This document shows positions 56,587-64,000 of a DNA stretch of 64,000 nt, in pieces; the first letter of the stretch is position 1, and every line of letters starts with the position of its first letter. The stretch is taken from contig JBJXGI010000053.1 in the NCBI GenBank assembly GCA_046153645.1, forward strand, positions 1-64,000, in the 5' to 3' direction. The notes under the pieces were generated by a model. It did not search any database. It saw only the letters and a list, made by a program, of their open reading frames with translations, and was not told where the DNA came from. The position numbers and the translations under genes are program-made. The stretch comes from Elusimicrobiota bacterium (GTDB lineage: Bacteria; Elusimicrobiota; Elusimicrobia; F11).

Positions 56587-57624
56587 TTAGTTCTTATCCT
56601 TTGTTTGTTTAGTTTGTTGACTTCGATGGATTTGACCAATCCAAAATATAGAAGCGGAAGAAAATCCTTGAGATTTTGACAGCCTCTCCACTATCCAACC
56701 TTTTCTCAGTGTCCATCTTCGAGCATTTGAAGGGGGTCGAGCCATCCATTGACGCAGGTTTTCAAGCGCATCAAAAGTCAGAATATTCTCACCAATTAAA
56801 GCTCTTAAGAAGCGCCGTTGCTCAGCGGCAGAATAGCTTAATAGCCCCTTGAAATCAAGCAACCAACCCGATTTAACTTCTTTGAGCAAAATCTTGCTCA
56901 TCTCATACACTTTGTCTGCCCAGTACAACTCTTCATCTCGTAAAAGGTTCGATAAATTATTTATTCGCGAAGAAAAACCGGGATTGCGATTTTCGAATTC
57001 CGGAATAACCGATTGACGGAGCCAATTTCTTAAAAAAGCTTCATTTTTATTGGATTTATCCAATCGAAATGAATAATGGTTCTTTTTAGAAAACTCCAAA
57101 ATCTCTTTTTTTGAAACGTTTAAAAACGGACGAAACAGCAGCTTATCAGTGTGTCCTATCTTTCTTAGGGGTGGAATACCGCTTAAACCGTGTGGACCGC
57201 AGCCTCTAATAAGATTCATAAGAACCGTTTCGGCCTGATCGTTGAGCGTATGCGCGGTCATAATACCCATACAACCAAAACGAGTGGCCATTTTCTCAAG
57301 ACACAGATAGCGTTTAAGCCTGGCTTTTTCTTCGATACCTGTCTTGGTTCCTTTCAGAGGTGCCTGTGCAACAACAACTTTAAAGCCCAACTTTTTTGCC
57401 AACGCACGAACCGATTTTTCATCTAAATCAGAAGCTGAACCTCGCAAATGATGGTTCACATGCCCCAATATAAAGGTATAGGGAAATTTATCGTTTATCT
57501 TTTTTAAAGCAGCCGCCAGGACAACAGAATCAACCCCTCCTGAGCAAGCCAAAAGAATTTTGTCACTGGGCTTAAAAAGAGAGTGGTTGTCTTGAAAAAA
57601 ATCAAGGAGTGTATCAGTAATCAA
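56587..57624 (-). CDS. tilS: tRNA(Ile)-lysidine synthetase
   Basis: [30 protein letters not shown]; tilS-ftsH synteny. Confidence 0.94.
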   Translation of the reverse strand: MITDTLLDFFQDNHSLFKPSDKILLACSGGVDSVVLAAALKKINDKFPYTFILGHVNHHLRGSASDLDEKSVRALAKKLGFKVVVAQAPLKGTKTGIEEKARLKRYLCLEKMATRFGCMGIMTAHTLNDQAETVLMNLIRGCGPHGLSGIPPLRKIGHTDKLLFRPFLNVSKKEILEFSKKNHYSFRLDKSNKNEAFLRNWLRQSVIPEFENRNPGFSSRINNLSNLLRDEELYWADKVYEMSKILLKEVKSGWLLDFKGLLSYSAAEQRRFLRALIGENILTFDALENLRQWMARPPSNARRWTLRKGWIVERLSKSQGFSSASIFWIGQIHRSQQTKQTKDKN

Positions 57625-57637
57625 AAAGCGCTCACTT

Positions 57638-58396
57638 TTAAGGTTTTAGAGTGGCTTGGAATTGCCCCATACTTCGCTGAGCAAGATAGGTGAACAAAAC
57701 AAGCGCTCGGGTAGATTCAATATCTTGAAACAAACCCGAACGAGAATTTTTCATTTGAGGTAAAGATGGGTCAGAATCGTCATTTACCGGGGCATCGGGA
57801 AAAAGTAAATAAGGATCACTTGAATTGGCATGCGCTTGACTCACAATGGTTACCGTGCGATCCTCTTTCTCACGGATTAGTTGAGCCACATTTTCTAAGA
57901 TAGGAAGCGACTCATCCCGAAAAGTTTGAAGACCTGGCAAGAATAATTGGTCGTGAAACAAAACCACCTTTAACCCACTTTTATCATCTTGAATTTGGAC
58001 AATATTACTCGTACTGGTGGACCGATTACGCATTCTTTCAACGAGGGATTTACGAGCGGCAATAATATCATTGGCATCGGTTTTAAATTCATCACGATTC
58101 TTTTTTGATTTAAGAAGAGAGTCCCAAGTTGGATCTTTTGGCTTATCTCCTTCACCGCCTTGCATTTCCCACTCCGAAATTCTTTTTTCAGTGCTAACAA
58201 CATATTCCTTGGCCACCGCATTTTCCGGACTGATCCGCTCAACTTGTTTAAAAAGATCAAGTGCCCGAACATATTGTTTATCTCCGTAAAGCCGTAGAGC
58301 TTCTTGAAGCAAAACTTTGACTCGGGGGTCTTCTTGCGTATAAGAAAATGTAACAAATGATAAAACAACTGCTAATAAAAAAATTATTCTCGTCAT
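57638..58396 (-). CDS. Exported protein with a TPR and a degenerate OmpA/MotB-like domain
   Basis: Signal peptide; one TPR; KVVL..DQLF.PG......SLPILENVAQLI pattern. Confidence 0.5.
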   Translation of the reverse strand: MTRIIFLLAVVLSFVTFSYTQEDPRVKVLLQEALRLYGDKQYVRALDLFKQVERISPENAVAKEYVVSTEKRISEWEMQGGEGDKPKDPTWDSLLKSKKNRDEFKTDANDIIAARKSLVERMRNRSTSTSNIVQIQDDKSGLKVVLFHDQLFLPGLQTFRDESLPILENVAQLIREKEDRTVTIVSQAHANSSDPYLLFPDAPVNDDSDPSLPQMKNSRSGLFQDIESTRALVLFTYLAQRSMGQFQATLKP

Positions 58397-59307
58397 TTTG
58401 TAATCTCCAAAACAATCTGAGTCACATCACCTCTATCGGCGGGCATTGAAACACGAACATTAAAGGAATCTTCAGATTTCAAAAGATGGGTTTCTAATAT
58501 TTTTTTCCATAAGCGGGCCCGTCTTTGTGCTAAATCTAATTCTTTATCATAAATAGTAATTGCAAAAGGAGCACCTTCATACTTTCTTAATTCGTTCATA
58601 AGCTGGTCAACCAAAACTTGCAGCGCAGGGTTCATAACGGCCTGCCCTTCATTATAAATCCGCTTATTACTAAACTCAAAAATCACGTTGCTTCCTTTTA
58701 CATATCGAAGAGCCGGCATCCAGATAGGTTCTCCAACCAAAGTGCGAGTTGTATCGGCAGCTTCCTTAATAATAAGCATCGATGAATAAATCTCATCGGT
58801 TCTCAGCATAAATTCACCACGATTCATTCCATCCCATTGAACAGGGTCTGTGGGAATCGTATTGCCTTCAATTTTTTTCAATAAATTATTGTTTTGGTCA
58901 ACAACAATGAAAGCCCATTCTTCGTTTTCTCCACGAGGAGGAGCCGCATTAGGGCTACGGTCAACAATGATCGGCTGAGAAGGGGGCGGATACGCCTGAA
59001 CAAAGAAAGGAGGTTTTGGAAAATCAACCATCGACGCTTGAAAAGTTTTAGGACTACGAACGTCCATCAAAGCCACTTGACTCTCTTCATCTAAATAATT
59101 TATTTCTTCAGATAAAATAAAATCGGTTTGCCCTAAACGAGAAAAAGGAATGACATCTTTTAATAGAACATCCGTAGTGGGGCTCACTCGTTCAATATTC
59201 ACTTTGTCTCTTACTTCCCCTTTTACCGTCATATCTAAAGATTGAGAAAAGGCCCATCCCGACTGAAAAACCATCAAACCTATGCTTAAAATTTTTCTTT
59301 TATTCAT
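58393..59307 (-). CDS. Exported hypothetical protein (FlgD-Ig-like W..IVD...WDG segment, possible OmpA-like C-terminus)
   Basis: Signal peptide; EWAFIVVDQ..LLKKIEG..VQWDG. Confidence 0.45.
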   Translation of the reverse strand: MNKRKILSIGLMVFQSGWAFSQSLDMTVKGEVRDKVNIERVSPTTDVLLKDVIPFSRLGQTDFILSEEINYLDEESQVALMDVRSPKTFQASMVDFPKPPFFVQAYPPPSQPIIVDRSPNAAPPRGENEEWAFIVVDQNNNLLKKIEGNTIPTDPVQWDGMNRGEFMLRTDEIYSSMLIIKEAADTTRTLVGEPIWMPALRYVKGSNVIFEFSNKRIYNEGQAVMNPALQVLVDQLMNELRKYEGAPFAITIYDKELDLAQRRARLWKKILETHLLKSEDSFNVRVSMPADRGDVTQIVLEITK

Positions 59308-59316
59308 ACTGTTCCT

Positions 59317-60609
59317 TTAATGTAACGAAAAATTAAATGTTATTTGCCCAACTTCTTCACGATTTTCAGCATCTTGTAACGCGATAAACTTCCATAACCG
59401 TAATGCTTTCATGGCCTCGTCATCTAATTTCGGATATCCCGAAGTTCGGCGAACCCGCATTATGCTTTTCACAAAACCACTGGCATCAACAGTAAATTCA
59501 ATAACAACAGCAGATTCAATGCCTTGCGCCTGGGCCCACTCTGGATATTCCGGGACCACCTGTTTTTCAATTTTTCGATCTTTTAATGGTCCTGTAATAA
59601 CAAAAGCCGATTGTTGTTTTTTTCGAGGTGAAACTTCTGCGATTTTAGGAGCTACTGCAGAAGCAACAGAACCACCCAATTTAGACCCCGTGCCACCTTG
59701 AACACCACCTATCACTCCGCCTTGAAATTTCCCTGCATCAACCTTGGTCCCAGTTCCGCCGGAAACTCCTCCTGGGACACCCATTCGTGAACCCCCAGTA
59801 TTAATTTGACTCGGCGCTGCATCACGGGCAATAATTTGATCTCTCAAGCCTAATTTTGGTCCCTCTCCCATCGCTGGAGCAGCAACATTCCCAATACGCC
59901 CTTTGTCGGATTTTTGTGTGATAGGAGCGGAAAAATTTTCAACTGAGCCTTTAGACGCTGTTTTAATAGCAATTGTGGGGACATTCCCGGCCCCTATAAG
60001 TCCTGGACCCTCCCCACCAATCGATTTCAAACTATCTTTGGTCGAAACAGCGAAGTTTCCTTTACTTTTTAACACAGAATCTCGATTATCATCCACCCCA
60101 AATTTTTTTGCTGACAACGGCGCAATCCCCACAGGAGCAGAATTGAGCGCGATTTTTTTATCTTCAATCATCTTCGGCGCCGCATCGGTTATAAATCCGG
60201 CTTTTGATTGTATTTTAGGCGCTAAGGTTTCTGCCAAATTTTGCTTTGGTTGCAACTGAATTGCTTTTGGCGCATCAATTAATTCTTTAGGTGGTTCCAC
60301 TGCTTTCGGTGGAGGAGGTGGCGGTGGAGGCTCTTTTTTTACCATCGCTTTAATCCGTTCCATGACAGATTGTTTTTCAACAACTGGTGGCGGAGGTGGG
60401 ACCACTGGCTTAGGCGCTTCAGGATCAATAATGTCAACAGAAACCAAGCGCTCTTTTTTTTCACTTACTTCAGATTTTTTCTGCGTGTTAAACTTCATGA
60501 AAAATAAAGGAAAATGAATCAAAAGTGACATAACAAGACACAAAATATCAAACCGAAATGATGGTTCATGTGAATTCCAACTTGATTGAGCCATCACCAA
60601 AGAAGACAT
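59317..60609 (-). CDS. TonB family energy transducer with long Pro/Gly-rich linker
   Basis: TM with SLLIH motif, poly-Pro runs, C-terminal PEYPEWA..G....V...F.VD..G.V, SG...LD..A..AL..WKF. Confidence 0.88.
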   Translation of the reverse strand: MSSLVMAQSSWNSHEPSFRFDILCLVMSLLIHFPLFFMKFNTQKKSEVSEKKERLVSVDIIDPEAPKPVVPPPPPVVEKQSVMERIKAMVKKEPPPPPPPPKAVEPPKELIDAPKAIQLQPKQNLAETLAPKIQSKAGFITDAAPKMIEDKKIALNSAPVGIAPLSAKKFGVDDNRDSVLKSKGNFAVSTKDSLKSIGGEGPGLIGAGNVPTIAIKTASKGSVENFSAPITQKSDKGRIGNVAAPAMGEGPKLGLRDQIIARDAAPSQINTGGSRMGVPGGVSGGTGTKVDAGKFQGGVIGGVQGGTGSKLGGSVASAVAPKIAEVSPRKKQQSAFVITGPLKDRKIEKQVVPEYPEWAQAQGIESAVVIEFTVDASGFVKSIMRVRRTSGYPKLDDEAMKALRLWKFIALQDAENREEVGQITFNFSLH

Positions 60610-61029
60610 TTAATTCTCCACCTTCTTTTGCTCTGTTCCAATAGAAATACTTTGGGCACCTGCTTTTTTACATAGAGAAATAAGCTCCGTTAAATGAGCG
60701 TAAGCGGCATCTTTATCGACCCTTAAAATAACTAAAATTTCAGGATCTTTTTTCAACTCTTTTTGTAACTGCGGAATAAAATCATCAATTTGATCAATAA
60801 TATTAGAGTTAATCGCAAGCCGGCCATCAGGGGCGTAAGTAACACTGATATTGGCATCTTTACTTTCTATCGTCGAAGCGCGCGGCAACTTTACGGGTAA
60901 ATCAGCCACATCTAACATAGGAGAAGTCACCATTAAAATAATCAAAAGAACCAAACACAAGTCAATCACAGGAACAATATTGACGCCTGAAATAGTTGGT
61001 TCTTCCTGTAAAATATCTTTTAAGTTCAT
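60610..61029 (-). CDS. exbD: ExbD/TolR family protein
   Basis: VNIVPVIDLCLVLLIILMV, VKLP. Confidence 0.9.
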   Translation of the reverse strand: MNLKDILQEEPTISGVNIVPVIDLCLVLLIILMVTSPMLDVADLPVKLPRASTIESKDANISVTYAPDGRLAINSNIIDQIDDFIPQLQKELKKDPEILVILRVDKDAAYAHLTELISLCKKAGAQSISIGTEQKKVEN

Positions 61030-61034
61030 GTTTT

Positions 61035-61469
61035 TTATCCTTCTTTTGATCCTTTCAACAAAGACACTTTTTGAGCGCCACTTTGTTTGGCAAGGTCTAA
61101 TATTCGGACCACATCACCCACCAAAATAGCATCTTCAGCTGAAACAATGACAGGACGCTCTGGTTCATCGGAAAGTTTAATGGCAATTTGTTCAGCAAGG
61201 AGTTGATCACTCTCAATAGAATTACCATTAAGTGTTATTCCGGAAACAGAAATATTAATTAATAACGGATCAGGACTTTTCGCGTTTGATTCAAGTTTAC
61301 TCTTTGAGACCTTTTCCAATTTAGGGGCCTGAACTTTAATCATTGATGACATGACCATCGGAGAAAGTACCATGAGAATAATTAACAACACCAAAGATAA
61401 ATCAGCCAGTGGGACGACATTAATCTTATCTGTTTCTGACTCGTCTTCTTCTGGCATCATCCCAGACAT
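61035..61469 (-). CDS. exbD: ExbD/TolR family protein (second copy)
   Basis: INVVPLADLSLVLLIILMV. Confidence 0.9.
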   Translation of the reverse strand: MSGMMPEEDESETDKINVVPLADLSLVLLIILMVLSPMVMSSMIKVQAPKLEKVSKSKLESNAKSPDPLLINISVSGITLNGNSIESDQLLAEQIAIKLSDEPERPVIVSAEDAILVGDVVRILDLAKQSGAQKVSLLKGSKEG

Positions 61470-61472
61470 TTT

Positions 61473-62096
61473 TTATTTCTCCCGTGATGGTGATGTAATA
61501 AAAATCATTTCCTGACCAAAAATATCAATACTGGAAAGGGCCCCTTTCATCCAGATATTAAACCAGTTGTAAATCACCGCAGCTAAAATGGCCACTGCAA
61601 TTCCCGCTGCGGTGGCCACAAGTGCTTCAGAAATACCAGCGGCCACAATGGTGGGGCCACCAGAACCTGACATAGCTAAATCTTTAAATGATCGAATAAC
61701 TCCCATAACCGTTCCCCACAATCCCACAAGAGGACAAATAAAACTCAGTGTTCCAAAAATCCATAAACGTTTTTGTAAAAGTGCCTGAATTTTTTGATGG
61801 TAAAACAAAACCAAACTTTCTCTTTCATTGCGTGGCATTGAAATGGCTTCAATTTGAGAAACCAACGCTTCAGCAATAATTCCTTTTCCCTTGGAAGCCT
61901 CTTTTTTTGCTTCCGCATAATTCCCTGCTCGAAGAAAAGTGCGAATGCGGTCTACCATCCCGCCGTTGACTCTTCCATTGCCCATGAAAAAAACCCATCT
62001 CTCAATTGTAATAGCACAGCAAATGATGGATAAAACCAACATAATTGGGATGACCAAACTAATCTTAATAAGCTCTATAATAGACATGTCATGCAT
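61473..62096 (-). CDS. exbB: MotA/TolQ/ExbB proton channel protein
   Basis: PLVGLWGTVMGVI.SF, GISEALVATAAG..VAI. Confidence 0.92.
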   Translation of the reverse strand: MHDMSIIELIKISLVIPIMLVLSIICCAITIERWVFFMGNGRVNGGMVDRIRTFLRAGNYAEAKKEASKGKGIIAEALVSQIEAISMPRNERESLVLFYHQKIQALLQKRLWIFGTLSFICPLVGLWGTVMGVIRSFKDLAMSGSGGPTIVAAGISEALVATAAGIAVAILAAVIYNWFNIWMKGALSSIDIFGQEMIFITSPSREK

Positions 62097-62117
62097 GACA
62101 TTTCCCTCCTCGTAAAA

Positions 62118-64000
62118 TTATTGTTGTAACACTCGTTTTAACTCTTCCACACGCGATTTTGCATTTGACAACGCTGTTTCATCACTGGCATTGATAACCA
62201 CATCTCCATATGTATCCAGCGCTTTTTGAGCTTGCCCTAGCCCAATATAAATCTCAGCTAAACGACTTATCCCTGCAATTCGATAAGGATCGTTTTTAGG
62301 GTCAACAGAAAGTAACTTTTCATATGATTTTTGTTCCAAATCAACTTGGCCAGATTTACTGTAAATAGAAGCAACAGAATAAACAGCTTCCGCATATTGG
62401 GGATGATTTACAGGAACTTGTTCATAATATTTTATCGCTTCCGCCGCCAAGCCATTTTTCTCTTTCATTTGCCCAATCTGTAGATTAAGACTCGCTTTTT
62501 TAATCGGATCACTCGTATTCTGTGCTAGTTTTTCAAAAGCTTGCTCAGATTCCTCCATTCTTCCAATCTTAGCGTAGGCCAATGGAATGTTTTCAGCTGC
62601 CGTTGCCGCCTCAGGCGCATCAGGATACTTTTTCACTAAATCTTGAAATGTTAAAGCCGCCTCTTCGAATCGATTCAGGTTGAATAAGCTAACACCCAAT
62701 CGAAACTGGGCTGTCGGCGCTGAATTATCATTGGGAAATTGAATGACGAAATTGCGGTAAGCACCCGTAGCCTCGTCATATTTTTGATCGAGATAAAAGC
62801 ATTCTCCGCGGTAAAAAGCTGATTGTGCCGCCAAACTTGACGCGGGGAAATCAATGAGGATTTTTTCGAAATAAATAAGTGCTGCTTTATAATCCTTATC
62901 ATTATAGGCTTTGGCTCCTTTTTCCCAATACAAATCAGCCAACACCTGAGATTTAGCCTGCCCCATGGTTAGTTTTTCAATCTCTAACTCTGATTTTCCG
63001 GCTTGAACATAAGACATTTGAAGAAAATCTTGAACGCTGATGGCTTCCTCAGCATTCGGGTAAAGCGCTAAAAATTCCTGATACCGTGGAATGGCTGATT
63101 TATAATCGCCCGCATTGTAATAAGAGTGCGCAAGCTGTAAACGCGCTCCTTTAATTTTGTCACTTGCGGGATATTTAACAATATAAGTCTGATAGGCCTT
63201 TACCGCAGCGGTGGTATTTCCTAAATCAAACAATGTTCTTGCCGTTTGAAATTGAGCTTTTTCTGATAATGAATTTTGAGGATAGACATCAACAAGCTTT
63301 TCCCAAACATTCACGGCATCGGTATAATATTCTAAACGAGAAAGCGCCTGACCTTCTTGGTACAACGCTTGAGGAATTTTGGGGTCTTTTGGATAATCTT
63401 TTTGGAAAGATCGGTAATAACCGATGGCTTGCTCATATTTTTTTTGATTGTAATAAACATTGGCGGATTGTAATGTCGCCAAAGACATCCAATCCTCTCT
63501 GTTTTTTTGTTTTGCCAAAGAAGCGAATTGTTGAAGTGTTTGTAACCCCGCATCCATTTTATTGTTTTGAGCCTTGGCGACGGCCAAACCAAGATAAGCA
63601 TAAGGTGTTAACGTATCATTGGGCGCTTTTGACAAAAATTGTTGGTAACGACTTTCTGCCAAATTAAAATTCCCCAATGATAAATGACCTTCTGTGATCC
63701 AAAACTCTACTTCAGGATATTTTTCCCTTAAATCTGATGGCAATTCCGCCCAATAGTGATTGACATGAGTTACTAATTCCTGCCAACGCTGCGCTTTTAC
63801 ATAAGACAATGCCATTAAATGAAGGGCCCGAGCAGCATAAGCTGACTTGGGAAATTGATCGACAACCGTTTGAAATGAAGCCAGCGCCTCAGCAGACTTG
63901 TTTAATTTATCGTAGCAGAAGCCTTGCACCAAAAGAATTTTCGGGGTTAGTTCAACATCTCTAAAATTCCCTAACCCTTCCTCCGCTTGAGCCAAGGCTT
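62118..64000 (-). CDS. Large TPR repeat protein (BamD/CpoB-like repeats), 5' end outside the window
   Basis: Many Y..F...YP....A...L TPR units; the frame is open to the window edge. Confidence 0.85.
   Translation of the reverse strand, partial: ALAQAEEGLGNFRDVELTPKILLVQGFCYDKLNKSAEALASFQTVVDQFPKSAYAARALHLMALSYVKAQRWQELVTHVNHYWAELPSDLREKYPEVEFWITEGHLSLGNFNLAESRYQQFLSKAPNDTLTPYAYLGLAVAKAQNNKMDAGLQTLQQFASLAKQKNREDWMSLATLQSANVYYNQKKYEQAIGYYRSFQKDYPKDPKIPQALYQEGQALSRLEYYTDAVNVWEKLVDVYPQNSLSEKAQFQTARTLFDLGNTTAAVKAYQTYIVKYPASDKIKGARLQLAHSYYNAGDYKSAIPRYQEFLALYPNAEEAISVQDFLQMSYVQAGKSELEIEKLTMGQAKSQVLADLYWEKGAKAYNDKDYKAALIYFEKILIDFPASSLAAQSAFYRGECFYLDQKYDEATGAYRNFVIQFPNDNSAPTAQFRLGVSLFNLNRFEEAALTFQDLVKKYPDAPEAATAAENIPLAYAKIGRMEESEQAFEKLAQNTSDPIKKASLNLQIGQMKEKNGLAAEAIKYYEQVPVNHPQYAEAVYSVASIYSKSGQVDLEQKSYEKLLSVDPKNDPYRIAGISRLAEIYIGLGQAQKALDTYGDVVINASDETALSNAKSRVEELKRVLQQ

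Noticed and set aside
203..63667. Numerous short plus-strand and nested ORFs in the six-frame track
   Set aside because: They are antisense or out-of-frame shadows of well-supported genes and have no recognisable motifs.

Overview
AT-rich bacterial chromosomal segment, almost entirely encoded on the minus strand. It comes from a diderm organism (Mla ABC transporter, TonB/ExbBD). The gene order and the giant multidomain membrane proteins suggest Elusimicrobiota or a similar lineage, but that is inference only. Most of the window is housekeeping: cysS-ispDF-yacL, mlaDEF, alr, dnaB, rpsF-ssb-rpsR-rplI, mdh, korAB, queCE, murI, amidase, glmS-pdxJ-glmM, dacA-ftsH-tilS. The most striking content is two paralogous ~2,100-aa proteins (21330-27689 and 46148-52663). 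They share a signal peptide and a ~500-600-aa N-terminal domain with a TIKI/ChaN-like motif pattern, then carry completely different enzyme cargo separated by membrane segments. The second gene sits in a Fic / giant / AAA-ATPase block between dacA and glmM, and its conserved domain carries five in-frame palindromic or repeat elements that are absent from the paralog. Also present: a SAM-I riboswitch controlling a ThrC-like enzyme, a sulfur carrier and a NIL protein (probable homocysteine route), and an ExbB-ExbD-ExbD-TonB-TPR cluster. No rRNA, tRNA, CRISPR array, integrase or transposase was seen.
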